A DNA stretch of 64,000 nt from IMG/VR virus record IMGVR_UViG_3300032116_012976; one strand, written 5' to 3'. Of the stretch, positions 26,601 through 37,400 are shown piece after piece. Positions within the stretch are counted from its first letter, which is position 1, and the number at the start of each line of letters is the position of its first letter. A model generated the notes under the pieces. It did no database searches, was not told the DNA's origin, and worked only from the letters and a program-made list of their open reading frames with translations. This stretch comes from a virus (taxonomy: Duplodnaviria > Heunggongvirae > Uroviricota > Caudoviricetes). A program made the translations under genes and the position numbers.

Positions 26601-26633
26601 TACTTATTGTAGCAGATTTACAACACTTGTCAA
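26601..26633 (-). promoter_or_regulatory. Sigma70 promoter plus overlapping late box upstream of gp55
   Basis: Minus strand TTGACA (26628-26633), 16-bp spacer ending TGc, TACAAT (26606-26611), overlapping ATAAGTA (26601-26607). Confidence 0.7.
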
Positions 26634-26688
26634 CCTCTTGTTAAACTATGCCGTTTTTATCAGCAATAAATAAGGTATAGGAACAACA

Positions 26689-28005
26689 ATGGCTACTACA
26701 AATTCACCAGCTGAACAAAATCCTGCAACAGACCCAGAGCTGCCGCAACCGGCTGCCCCAGAAACCATTGAGTCTCGTAATCCAGCACCAGTCGGAGATG
26801 AAGGATTAGATGCAACCAACGAAGCTGAATTGGCACAGCTACGTGAAGCAGAAGGCGTTGCAGTTTTTGCACCATCACCGGTGTTCGCATCAGGCGATGA
26901 AGCAATAGATGCAGCCAATGAAGCTGAATTGGCACAGTTACGTGAAGCAGAAGGTCGTGCAATATTTGCACCAGCACCGGCGTCAGCATCAGGCGATGAA
27001 GCATTAGATGCAACCAACGAAGCTGAATTGGCACAGCTACGTGAAGCAGAAGGTCGTGCAATATTTGGACCAGCACCAGTAGCAACTGGCGACGCAGCAT
27101 TATTGGCAGCAACCGAAGCTGCAGAATCTGCGCAGGCTGCCAATGTTGATCCCAATGATTTTGAAGCGGCAGCTGGCGCAGCCGCACAATCACAACTGCG
27201 TGATCAATTCACACTGCAACAGCGATTTAACACATCCTCGCAAGGCGATTGGCGTGTGAGACTGAGATTGGCTCCAGGTGCAAAATATCTCTACAAAGCA
27301 GAAGATCCTGGCATTTTACGCCCATTGGTTCCCACAGATGGAATAATTTTTCCCTACACGCCAACAATATCAACTCAGTACTCAGCCAAGTACGACAGTT
27401 ACAATCTCACACACTCAAACTATCGTGGATACTTTTATCAAAGCAGTCAAGTTGGTGATATAACTGTTACTGGAACATTCACAGCACAAGACACTGCTGA
27501 AGCTGAATATTTGCTGGCGGTAATACACTTTTTCCGTTCAGTTACAAAAATGTTTTATGGCAAAGATCCGCAACGTGGCTCACCGCCACCATTGGTTGAG
27601 CTGTCTGGATTTGGCGAATATCAATTCAACAACCATCCTTGTTTGGTTGCCAGTTTCAATTATACCTTGCCCAATAACGTTGATTACATACAGGTCAAGC
27701 CTAACAATCAAGGCTTAAACATGTCTGAGAGAACACCTAAAGTTTCAAGTTCTCCAGCTTCTACTATTGAAAGTGTGTTACGAAGACTAACAACTTCTCA
27801 TTTACCAAAAGGTGCGCAAGGAACGCCAGCAGACTTGGGTGTGGTACGCAACACAGTAAATGGACTGGGCCAAACAACTTATGTTCCTACCAAGATAGAA
27901 ATATCAGTTGTGTTGCATCCACTACAAACTCGACAGCAAGTCAGCCAAGGATTCAGTCTAGAAAACTTTGCCAAAGGTAACTTACTCAAAGGAGGATTCT
28001 GGTAA
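26689..28005 (+). CDS. Tail-tube initiator / baseplate tube-like protein with an N-terminal acidic repeat extension
   Basis: C-terminal IFPYTPTI...THSNY...ITVTGTFTAQ...FFRSVTKMFYG...PP tube-like domain; first gene of the baseplate cluster; ATAAATA at 26666-26672. Confidence 0.65.
   Translation: MATTNSPAEQNPATDPELPQPAAPETIESRNPAPVGDEGLDATNEAELAQLREAEGVAVFAPSPVFASGDEAIDAANEAELAQLREAEGRAIFAPAPASASGDEALDATNEAELAQLREAEGRAIFGPAPVATGDAALLAATEAAESAQAANVDPNDFEAAAGAAAQSQLRDQFTLQQRFNTSSQGDWRVRLRLAPGAKYLYKAEDPGILRPLVPTDGIIFPYTPTISTQYSAKYDSYNLTHSNYRGYFYQSSQVGDITVTGTFTAQDTAEAEYLLAVIHFFRSVTKMFYGKDPQRGSPPPLVELSGFGEYQFNNHPCLVASFNYTLPNNVDYIQVKPNNQGLNMSERTPKVSSSPASTIESVLRRLTTSHLPKGAQGTPADLGVVRNTVNGLGQTTYVPTKIEISVVLHPLQTRQQVSQGFSLENFAKGNLLKGGFW
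26780..27125 (+). repeat. 99-nt tandem repeat (3 full copies plus 1 degenerate) encoding a 33-aa acidic helix
   Basis: Equivalent positions at 26869, 26968 and 27067; near-identical core GATGCA(A/G)CCAA(C/T)GAAGCTGAATTGGCACAG(C/T)TACGTGAAGCAGAAGG. Confidence 0.92.
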
Positions 28006-28307
28006 TGGCCACAAACTACGATGCAACCAGTCCTTACTATCAAACTGGGTACTCGCAATTTTTCTTGGATGTCATGGTCAACAGACCTATTCCCAAAGAA
28101 ACTGATGATATTTTGTTCACTATAAATTTAACCTATCAGTACAGACCCGACATGTTGGCCTATGACTTGTATGGCGTGCCAGGTCTTTGGTGGGTGTTTT
28201 ATCAACGCAATCCAAACACGCTGACAAAACCTCCACTGGATTTTGCTGTAGGAACACAAATTTATCTTCCCAAAGAGTCAACACTAAAATCTACATTGGG
28301 GTACTAA
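28005..28307 (+). CDS. Baseplate wedge gp53-like / LysM-type protein
   Basis: YRPDMLAYDLYG...LWWVFYQRNP...IYLP motif. Confidence 0.75.
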   Translation: MATNYDATSPYYQTGYSQFFLDVMVNRPIPKETDDILFTINLTYQYRPDMLAYDLYGVPGLWWVFYQRNPNTLTKPPLDFAVGTQIYLPKESTLKSTLGY

Positions 28308-28310
28308 CAC

Positions 28311-31019
28311 ATGGCCACAACCGCAGACGTTCCAGTTACTTCCAATGCTGGTGGAGGAGATCAAAATACCAATCCTCCAGTAAAAACACTAATTCAAACA
28401 CAAGCCACAAACGGAGATTCTCGTGGTATTAACATATACACGGAAGATGGCACATTATCAAATTTCAGAAGAAATCCTGAAACAGGAGATTTATATAATG
28501 CTGCTGGCCTGCCTGGCGGCGTTGATTTAAAAACTGAACCAGGTGTTGGCGCCAATGACAACAATCCTGCACCAAGCACAGTCAACACACAGGCCACAGT
28601 AAATGCCACAAGTCCCACTAACGAACTGATCAAGCCGCAGCCTAATGTACTAGATAAGTTTTCAAGCTATACCTATCAAGCATCAGTGTACTTGATGTCT
28701 AACGCACAGTATGCAGCATATCAACTGTCTGAGAAAAAAACAATTAACGGTTATAATTTGCTGTTTCAAACTGGTGGAGCCCCCAACAACATTGGCGGTC
28801 CCCAAGGCCCCAAGGCTCCCCAACCACTTGCGTTTGAAGCTGGCCGCAATCCGTTTTTTCCTTACGACTACTACATAGATTCAGTAAAAGTCACCAACAA
28901 ACTGTTTGGCAAAAATACCATGGCAGCACACTCGGTAACTGATTTAAAGTTCACAGTGATTGAGCCAGCCAATATTACCTTGATAGACAACATTTACAAA
29001 GCAGTGCAAGACATAGCACCCAAAGGTGCTGCTGGCGCTGTAAATTATGCGGCAGCAATATATCTCATGGTGATTAGATTTTTTGGTTACGATGCAAATG
29101 GAAATTTACAAACAGTTGGTGTGGCAGATCCAGTCTCTGGATTATCAGACTCTAGTTCTTTGATAGAAAAATATATTCCGTTTAGAATCAAAAATATCAA
29201 CTGGTCTGTGGCAAACAAACTGGTCAGCTATGATTTTGAATGTGCTCCAATTGGTCAGTTGATTGCGGGTGGTACCAAGAGAGGCACCATCCCTGGCGAC
29301 ATAGAACTCACTGGCGCTAGTGTGTCTGACATGCTTAAAGGCCAAGCAGTTTACGGCGAACCTCCTGCTGCTGCCACACCCGGGGCAACAACCACAGCAG
29401 ACCGAACTCAAACAGATGGTCGAGGACGTCGGACTGCTTCCAGTGATTCAAGAGTTCCGCCTAAGGCAACTGCTGCGCCCAACAACAAAAAAACCATTCA
29501 GCGTGGATTAATTGAAGCCATGAATATCGAACAGCAACGATTGGTGTCAACTAACCAGTACACAGTAGCAGATGTATATGAATTGGAATTTGCTAACGGC
29601 GCCGAATTGATTCAAGATGCCACTGTACAAAAACCAGGAACTCCTGTGAACAAATCTGCTACCGCAGTAAGTGCCCCAGTAACAAGCGATACTTCTGCTG
29701 CCAGCCCAGATAAGGGTGCCATGGATACCAAAACCAGAAGTTTTGGTATCACAGCCGGCATGCAAATACTGCAAGCAATTGAACTGATTGTGAGAAACTC
29801 CAGTTATATTACTGATCAAGCAAATTTGATTCTCAACGAAGAAAGCGGCAATCCAGAAGTCAAGCCAGGATCAGAAACGCAAGACTTCAAATGGTTCAAC
29901 ATTTTGATGTCAGCCACTCCGTTGGAGTATGATGAAAAACGCAACGATTTTGCTTATCGAGTAAAATTTATTATTGTGCCTTACTCACCAGCTGAAATGA
30001 AAAGCAGTTACTTTCCTGGAGTAAAGTTTCCAGGCTTGGTCAAACGTTACCCTTGGTGGTTTACCGGAGAAAATACAGCGGTGTTAAGCTACACTGCCAC
30101 TTTCAATAAACTGTACATTCAAACATTAACTGGATCCAGTCCAGAAAATTCAGCTCTGGCCAGTATTAGAAAAACACAGGCTACCAGCATGAGAGAAATT
30201 CCTTTTATATCTGTTCAAAGTCGCAGCACAGAATCTTCTCAAGGAGCAGGCGGCAAAGCCAACGAGCTGGGAGCCAGCGCAGCCGAGTACCTGTACAACC
30301 CATCTGACAATGCCAGTGCCAAGATAAAAATTCTAGGAGATCCTGCCTGGATACAACAAGGATCTGTTGCTGGAGCATTGGATGCAAGTAAAATTTCATA
30401 CTCCCCATTTGCACGAGATGGCACAATAAATTTTGATATCCGTGACGTGCTGTTTGAGTTGGTGTGGCAACGTCCAGAAGACTACAACTTAAACACAGGT
30501 CTTGCCGATCCATATAGCCGTACTGAAAAAATCTACGGTGATCGACAGCCCATTCAAAGTATTGTATACCGAGCAAAAGAAATTGTAAGTAGTTTTAATC
30601 AAGGACGATTTGAACAAGACATTGACGCTACAATTTATTCTGTACCAATCCCACAAAAAACAAACACAGCCACACCTGTGGCCACACCAGAATTTGCCGG
30701 ACAAACTGATGAGTTTGGCGGCGTAGATGAGGCTGTGGCTGCAAACGCCGCAAGAACTGCCGCAGCCACAGTGCGAAAAACCACAGCTACTGGACCAAGA
30801 AATGCTCCAATACCAAGAGGTGGTCCAGGTGTGGCCAGCGACTCATTTGCGCAAGCCGAGCTGGCTAGATTTAGCAACTACACACCCACCCCCTTTAACC
30901 CGTCTGAACCAGTTGTTAGTAATGGGCAGGTGGTTGGAGCTAATACAAATCAAGGTGCAGCTATAATCTTTAGAAATGCCAACCCTCGTGGCACACAAAG
31001 AGGCGCAAGAGAAACTTAA
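28311..31019 (+). CDS. Baseplate hub protein (gp27/tail-hub-like) with low-complexity termini
   Basis: PNVLDKFSSYTY..., YYIDSV, FTVIEP, IKILGDPAWI and S-x-F-x-x-G-x-F-x-Q motifs; located between the LysM and spike genes. Confidence 0.6.
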   Translation: MATTADVPVTSNAGGGDQNTNPPVKTLIQTQATNGDSRGINIYTEDGTLSNFRRNPETGDLYNAAGLPGGVDLKTEPGVGANDNNPAPSTVNTQATVNATSPTNELIKPQPNVLDKFSSYTYQASVYLMSNAQYAAYQLSEKKTINGYNLLFQTGGAPNNIGGPQGPKAPQPLAFEAGRNPFFPYDYYIDSVKVTNKLFGKNTMAAHSVTDLKFTVIEPANITLIDNIYKAVQDIAPKGAAGAVNYAAAIYLMVIRFFGYDANGNLQTVGVADPVSGLSDSSSLIEKYIPFRIKNINWSVANKLVSYDFECAPIGQLIAGGTKRGTIPGDIELTGASVSDMLKGQAVYGEPPAAATPGATTTADRTQTDGRGRRTASSDSRVPPKATAAPNNKKTIQRGLIEAMNIEQQRLVSTNQYTVADVYELEFANGAELIQDATVQKPGTPVNKSATAVSAPVTSDTSAASPDKGAMDTKTRSFGITAGMQILQAIELIVRNSSYITDQANLILNEESGNPEVKPGSETQDFKWFNILMSATPLEYDEKRNDFAYRVKFIIVPYSPAEMKSSYFPGVKFPGLVKRYPWWFTGENTAVLSYTATFNKLYIQTLTGSSPENSALASIRKTQATSMREIPFISVQSRSTESSQGAGGKANELGASAAEYLYNPSDNASAKIKILGDPAWIQQGSVAGALDASKISYSPFARDGTINFDIRDVLFELVWQRPEDYNLNTGLADPYSRTEKIYGDRQPIQSIVYRAKEIVSSFNQGRFEQDIDATIYSVPIPQKTNTATPVATPEFAGQTDEFGGVDEAVAANAARTAAATVRKTTATGPRNAPIPRGGPGVASDSFAQAELARFSNYTPTPFNPSEPVVSNGQVVGANTNQGAAIIFRNANPRGTQRGARET

Positions 31020-31027
31020 GGTAGAAT

Positions 31028-32536
31028 ATGGCAGAAGAAATTGAACGCAGTAGAGGAAGACCGTCAAACTACAAACAAGATCGTGGTGGGGTTCCTGCTG
31101 AGTACGGTCCTTATGTTGGTCGAGTAATGAACAACATTGATCCTGCACGACTTGGAAGACTGCAAGTGTTCATTGAAGCATTCAATGCCGGCAGCAACAA
31201 CCAAGATCAAAGCAAGTGGACCACAGTAAGTTACATGCCTCCGTTTTATGGAGTGACGCCTCCGGGCAAAACAGCTGACAACGATTCAGGTACCTATCCG
31301 GGCAATCCCAACAGCTATGGCATGTGGTTTACTCCTCCTGATCTTGGCCTGCAAGTCATGTGTGTTTTTATCAATGGCGATCGTTCACAAGGTTACTACA
31401 TTGGTGTGTTGCCAGAAAATGGTCTCACACACATGATACCAGCCATTGGCGCTGAAGCAAACTATGTAACAACCAATGTAAATCAAGAATCATATTTTGC
31501 TGAATCACCACTGTTGCCAGTAACAGAACTCAACAGCAACAACAACAAACTAGACAACGCTGGAAGATTTTTTGATCAAGCCAAACCAGTGCAAAGCGTA
31601 GTTGCAGCGTCGTTGTTCCAACAAGGATTGGCCAAGGACACCGAACGCGGACCTATTCGCAGTTCAAGTCAACGTGAAAGCCCGTCAGCAGTGTTTGGCA
31701 TTTCCACACCTGGAACAGCAATTTACCAGGGTGGACTGAAGCCTGCTGACATACGACAAAAACTCAACTCTGGTGCAGTAAAGCCAGCAGAGCTAGAAGT
31801 AATTGGCCGCATGGGCGGACATACATTTGTCATGGACGACGGAGACATCAACGGAAGAAATCAACTGTTCCGCCTGCGTAGCGCCAAAGGTCATCAGTTC
31901 ATGATGAATGACTCTAACAATTTTATCTATCTGATTCATGCCAACGGACAAACTTGGATTGAGTTAGGACAAGAAGGTACCATTGATGTCTACAGCACAA
32001 ACTCAGTAAACGTGCGCAGTCAAGGCGATGTTAACATTCATGCTGATCAAGACATCAACATGTACGCTGGGAGAAATTTTAACATCAAAGCCAAAAACAA
32101 CTTCACAGTTGAAGCTGGAGTAAATGCATCTATTACCGCACAGGCTGATTTAAAGTTGTACAGCAAAGCCACAATTGGTGTAAAGGCCGACGGGACATTG
32201 GCTTTGGAAAGCGCCAGCGGAAGTTGGGCAGCTGGCAGCAGTTTTGTTGTATCAGCCGGCGGGATTGACTTAAATGGGCCTGCTGCTCCAGCAGTAGATG
32301 CACCCAAAGCACTGGAAAAAATCTTGCTAGACTCAACCACGTTCAGCACTTCAAAAGGATGGGAAGTTGAAAAAGACAAATTAGAAACTATTGTGCCTAG
32401 AGCACCCACACACGAACCCTGGCCTTATCACAATGCTGGTGTTGCGTCTGAATTGGACTTTGAAGAAGGCCAGCCTGATCCTCCACCAGGCGCTGAACCT
32501 GTTCCAGCTGGAGTAGAGATTGTGAAAACAGCATGA
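31028..32536 (+). CDS. gp5: Central spike, gp5/VgrG-like (OB-fold plus beta-helix, no lysozyme domain seen)
   Basis: GRVMNNIDPARLGRLQV, YGMWFTPPDLG..V...F..GD..QGYYIG, GHTFVMDDG, beta-helix repeats and HEPWPYH tip. Confidence 0.8.
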   Translation: MAEEIERSRGRPSNYKQDRGGVPAEYGPYVGRVMNNIDPARLGRLQVFIEAFNAGSNNQDQSKWTTVSYMPPFYGVTPPGKTADNDSGTYPGNPNSYGMWFTPPDLGLQVMCVFINGDRSQGYYIGVLPENGLTHMIPAIGAEANYVTTNVNQESYFAESPLLPVTELNSNNNKLDNAGRFFDQAKPVQSVVAASLFQQGLAKDTERGPIRSSSQRESPSAVFGISTPGTAIYQGGLKPADIRQKLNSGAVKPAELEVIGRMGGHTFVMDDGDINGRNQLFRLRSAKGHQFMMNDSNNFIYLIHANGQTWIELGQEGTIDVYSTNSVNVRSQGDVNIHADQDINMYAGRNFNIKAKNNFTVEAGVNASITAQADLKLYSKATIGVKADGTLALESASGSWAAGSSFVVSAGGIDLNGPAAPAVDAPKALEKILLDSTTFSTSKGWEVEKDKLETIVPRAPTHEPWPYHNAGVASELDFEEGQPDPPPGAEPVPAGVEIVKTA

Positions 32537-34023
32537 GTGAATTTAAATTTTCTTTAGATGCGGCTGGAGAAGTATTCACAGTTAAGGCTCCTCCAGGCAT
32601 GACGTTTGATCAGGCCAAAGCTATCTTTGACAAACAAGCAAGTACAGGAAGTCTAACAGGTTTAAAAGTTGGCGATGCGTTGAGTGCAGTCACCCAAGCA
32701 ACACAAGGATTGTCGTCTGCCGCAGCCAGTTTGTCACAAGCTGCCAGTGGTATTGGCGGCACAGTGTCGGGAGCATTGCAAGGTGCATTAAAAAATATTC
32801 CTGGCGGTGTGGCTGGTGCTGCTTCAGGTATTGCTAACAGACTCACTGGTGGCCTTGGTGCACCGGGAATTTTACAAGCAGCTTCAGCATTGCCAAGCAG
32901 CATTGCTGGCGCAGTGAACTCAGGAATAAGTGTAGCTAAACAAACACTTGGCAGCATACAAAGTGCCGCGGCTGGAGCATTGGCTCCAACGGCTGCTATT
33001 GGCATACCAGATTTTGCCAAGCAAGTGCCGGCATTGGGAGGCATTAGTAATCTATCAGTAAGCGAAGTAACTGCCAGTTTGGCGTCTGCATCTCGATCAA
33101 TAGGACAAGTGGCCAATCAAGTTAGCAATTCTATAGGCGTTGGAAAATTTGGGTTTGACGGATCTCAGCTGGAAGCTGCTGGTGTTCTTAAACCTGGCAC
33201 AGTATCACAATTTTTATCCAGTGGCACCAACACATTGACTAGTGTTTTGAAAAGTCCCACGGTGTTTACAGGCAAGGCCGGCATTACCAGCCTAAAAGAT
33301 TTGTTAGGATCATTGCCAAAACAAGAAACCATACAACAAGAATTAATGAGCAATGGGTTAACTGGAGTTCAAGCCCTGGGTATTCCTACAGATAAACTCA
33401 GCGTCGGGGCCTTGGCTGGCACAGCATTAAATGCAGCCAAAAGTATACCCAATACCATGGACTGGGCACAAGGAAAAGCACTGGCCAGTGATGTTAAAAC
33501 TGCACTAAATGAAACAGCACGAAATGCAAGTTTTGCTGTGGATTTTGCAGAGACCAAAGTTGACGATGCAATGAAACAGTTGGCTCTCGGAGAGCCAGTG
33601 TTTGACACAGTAAACAGAGTCACACTAAATGCCGCTGCCATACGGGTAATTGGAAATCCAAAAATACCTCCAGTGGAATATAATAACACACCACCAAAAG
33701 TTACAACATCTGAGCTGGGAATTGAGTTTGGTATTGCTGTTGAACAGACCAATGCTATTCTTGATCAATCTGTTATTACTCTCAGCAAGAGTGATGCAAA
33801 ACGAGCTAGGTTAAACAGTTACGGAAAAGACATTGCAGACCTTGAAAGCTATATCAATGACTATAATGCTGTTGATGGAAGATTGCAAGGACTCCTTCGC
33901 CAGGCCAAACTAGCAAATGATTCGGCCCTTGTGGCCAAAATTGAAAAAGAACAACGACGAATTGCAGAATCAATCAAAGTAACCGAAAGCGCAATTGACG
34001 TGCTTAGACAGAACCTTGCTTGA
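32533..34023 (+). CDS. Hypothetical baseplate-region protein (A/G/S-rich with C-terminal coiled coil)
   Basis: 496-aa ORF coupled to gp5 (ATGA overlap); no family recognised. Confidence 0.6.
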   Translation: MSEFKFSLDAAGEVFTVKAPPGMTFDQAKAIFDKQASTGSLTGLKVGDALSAVTQATQGLSSAAASLSQAASGIGGTVSGALQGALKNIPGGVAGAASGIANRLTGGLGAPGILQAASALPSSIAGAVNSGISVAKQTLGSIQSAAAGALAPTAAIGIPDFAKQVPALGGISNLSVSEVTASLASASRSIGQVANQVSNSIGVGKFGFDGSQLEAAGVLKPGTVSQFLSSGTNTLTSVLKSPTVFTGKAGITSLKDLLGSLPKQETIQQELMSNGLTGVQALGIPTDKLSVGALAGTALNAAKSIPNTMDWAQGKALASDVKTALNETARNASFAVDFAETKVDDAMKQLALGEPVFDTVNRVTLNAAAIRVIGNPKIPPVEYNNTPPKVTTSELGIEFGIAVEQTNAILDQSVITLSKSDAKRARLNSYGKDIADLESYINDYNAVDGRLQGLLRQAKLANDSALVAKIEKEQRRIAESIKVTESAIDVLRQNLA

Positions 34024-34040
34024 GCCGATAAATATTAATT

Positions 34041-34415
34041 ATGACCACATTCATTGGCTTCAACACCATAAATCAATATAAAAAATTTACCTTGGTTGAC
34101 TTTGAGTTAATCAAACGAGATCTGCTGAATGCCTTCAACATCCGTCAAGGTGAATTGCCTGGCCGCCCGCAGTACGGCACTGTGATGTGGGACTATGTGT
34201 TTGAAAATCAAATCACTGAACTGCAACGCAATATTGAAACGGAAGTTCAACGTGTGTGCGGCGGCGATCCAAGAATACAAGTTACGCAAATGGCAGTGTT
34301 TCCTCAAGACAACGGGTTTCTAATACAGTTAGAAATAGCAGTATTGCCAGGAACTGATGCTGAATTTTTAAGTGTGTTCTTTGATAATCAACAACGCAGA
34401 GCCAGCTACGTATAA
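34041..34415 (+). CDS. gp25: Baseplate wedge gp25-like
   Basis: IKRDLLNAFNIRQGELPGRPQYGT..W...FE and DPRI motifs. Confidence 0.85.
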   Translation: MTTFIGFNTINQYKKFTLVDFELIKRDLLNAFNIRQGELPGRPQYGTVMWDYVFENQITELQRNIETEVQRVCGGDPRIQVTQMAVFPQDNGFLIQLEIAVLPGTDAEFLSVFFDNQQRRASYV

Positions 34416-34464
34416 CTGAGCCGTTTTTTCTGGTAATAAATACAAGATCTAAAGGCAAAGAGGC

Positions 34465-37400
34465 ATGGCAAAGACCACAAGACAAACAGCAATATTTGGT
34501 GTAGAAGACTGGAAACAGATCTATCAAACCTATCGTGAAGCTGATTTTCAAAGTTATGACTTTGAAACTCTACGCAAAAGTTTCATTGATTACATACGCC
34601 TCTACTACCCAGAAACTTTCAACGACTACATTGAAAGCTCAGAATTCATTGCGTTACTAGATGTAATTGCATTCATGGGTCAAGCCTTGGCCTTTCGCAC
34701 GGACCTAAACACCAGAGAAAACTATTTAGACACAGCAGAACGCAGAGATTCAGTTGTGCGCCTGGCTAATCTAGTCAGCTATACTGCCAAACGCAACACC
34801 GCGGCCCAGGGATATCTCAAAGTATTCAATGTTACCACAACTGAAAATGTGATCGATTACAACGGAGTGAACTTGAGCAACGTTACTGTGGACTGGGCAG
34901 ATCCAACAAACCCAGACTGGCAAGAACAATTTACCACTATCATTAATGCCGCGTTAGTAGACAGTCAACGCATTGGTCGTCCAGGCAATAGACAAACCAT
35001 ACTGGGTGTGCGCACAGATGAATATGCTGTCAATCTTGTGCCAGGATTCTTACCAGTCATTCCGTATAACGCCACAGTGGACGGGATTTCAATGCCGTTT
35101 GAAGCAATAACTTCAACCAGTGTTGGTCGTGATTACATCTACGAGCCGGCGCCGCAACCAAACACCAGTTTCAATGTGTTGTATCGCAATGACCAACTGG
35201 GTTATCAATCTGCCAATACCGGATACTTTTTTGCATTTAAACAAGGCACGTTACAAAATCAAGACTTCAACTTGGCCGAGCGCATTGCCAACCGCACAGT
35301 AAACATCAACATTGAAGGCGTAAACAACGAAGATCGTTGGTTGTTTCAACTTGACAACGTGGGAAGCATCAGCCGTGAATGGCAATACACAGAAAACATC
35401 TACGTTGGTGCTGCTGAACAACTGACTGGCCTACGATCAATCTATTCCACAACCAGCAGAACAAACGATCAACTTACTATGATATTTGGGGATGGAGTGT
35501 TTTCAGAAATTCCAGTAGGAAATTTCCGTGCCTATGTGCGCAGTTCTAATGGACTGCAATACATTATCAATCCTGAAGAAATGCAAAACGTAGTTTTGCC
35601 TATCAGTTATACTGACCGCAACGGCAATTTGCAAACTATCACCTTTACTTGTGGTATTACTCGTCCAGTAAGCAATGCCCAAGCACGCGAGCCAATTGAT
35701 GAAATCAAACAACGTGCGCCTGCTAGGTACTATACACAAAATCGCATGGTCAATGGTGAAGACTACAACTTGTTTCCTTACACACAGTACAATTCAATTA
35801 TTAAATCTAAAGCATTGAATCGTGCGTCAATTGGAACCAGTCGATATCTTGACTTGGTTGATAATACCGGCAAGTATTCAAGTACCAACAGCTTTGGCAG
35901 CGACGGTGGATTGTGGCAACAAAATATTTTACCAACTATTTTGTTCAGTTGGACCAATCGCAATGAAATTGCTGATGTGATTACCAATCAGGTGCAACCA
36001 CAGTTGACTGAAAGTACCATGCGGCAGTTTTACTATGGGAATTTTCCAAGAAAGTTAATCAACACTTTAGATATCACTTGCACGGCCACAACAATTACAA
36101 CCAATGCAATTACCTGCGCTACTGCTGCATTTTTTGATTATGCTTATGTTGGCATGCCAATCACATTCTCAGGCACAGTGTTTGGTGGCATTACTGCCGA
36201 CTTGCCTTATTATGTGGTCAGTATAAATTCAGTCAACAGTACATTCACTGTAAGCACCACAGCCGGTGGATCAGCAGTTACATTAAGCTCGGCTACAGGC
36301 TCAATGAGTGCAGTTACTACTTTGAGCACAGGCGGAAGCACCTGGAATCAAAGCACCACCTTGGCCAATGAAACCACTGGTTACTTTAAAAACAGTGCAG
36401 GCACACCCATTGCAGTAGGTGATGAATCTACAACCAATTTCTTGTACGCTATTGTTGGTAGCCTGGTACGTTTTGTGCCGCCACCGGGTTACTTTTTTGA
36501 TAAAAACAACAAACTGCAATTGGGCATTCCAACCAAAGCAGAAGAGCGTGTGGAAATTTGGGCCAGCCCCATACGAGTAACTGGCGATGGTATGAACTCA
36601 GGACTGGGTAATCTAATCAATGGGTCAGGGCCAGTCATACTCAATAACTTTGTTCCTACTGGCGCTATTGTAGACACTATTATTCCGTTATTTGTTACAG
36701 ACTTGCCATTGTCGATTGAATCTGCAATGAGTGATCAAATTGCATTGTTTCGTAATTTTGGCCTAGGATACGACAATGACGGATCCATTACAGGTACTCC
36801 GTACTCTTGGTATTTGATTCAATCTACCAACCTGAATCAGGACGCTGCCTGGAGTCAAGAGTACGCTGGTAATACTAGTGGTGCCAACTTAGACTCTTCA
36901 TGGCTGATCCAGTTTGTGGTTCAAAATCAAAATTACACAATTACATTCCGTGGACTTGCATACAACTTTGGATCAGTGTTGCAAACAAGATTCTTCTTCT
37001 ACGACGGTGCGCAAATCTATGACAGCCGCACTGGCACAGTGATCAAAGATTTTATCAATGTGTTAGCAGTCAACACTCAACCAAACTCCAGTGAACCGCT
37101 TGAAGGAGACATTTACATGACCATTACTGGTCAACCAGTTGAAAGCGACGGTTATGTGGATGACTTCCAGGTATTAGTAGGATACAGAGACTCAGACAAT
37201 GATGGTGTGCCAGACAACCCAGACTTCTTTAGTGAAATAGTAGGACCAGCCGGAACCACAGGACCTTATGTGTTTTTACAACAAACTGTGGACTTTGACA
37301 ACCTACAGCGTTATTTGTTGGTTGAAGAAGGCGTGGTAATTTACAGCTACGCCACCCTTGATGATATTGAATTGGTAAAAACTGAATGGTCATCTGGGCA

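Noticed and set aside
26646-27193. Two minus-strand ORFs over the 99-nt repeats, and the repeats as a CRISPR-like array
   Set aside because: Repeats are in-frame coding units with no unique spacers and no cas genes; the ORFs are open because the repeat lacks stops.
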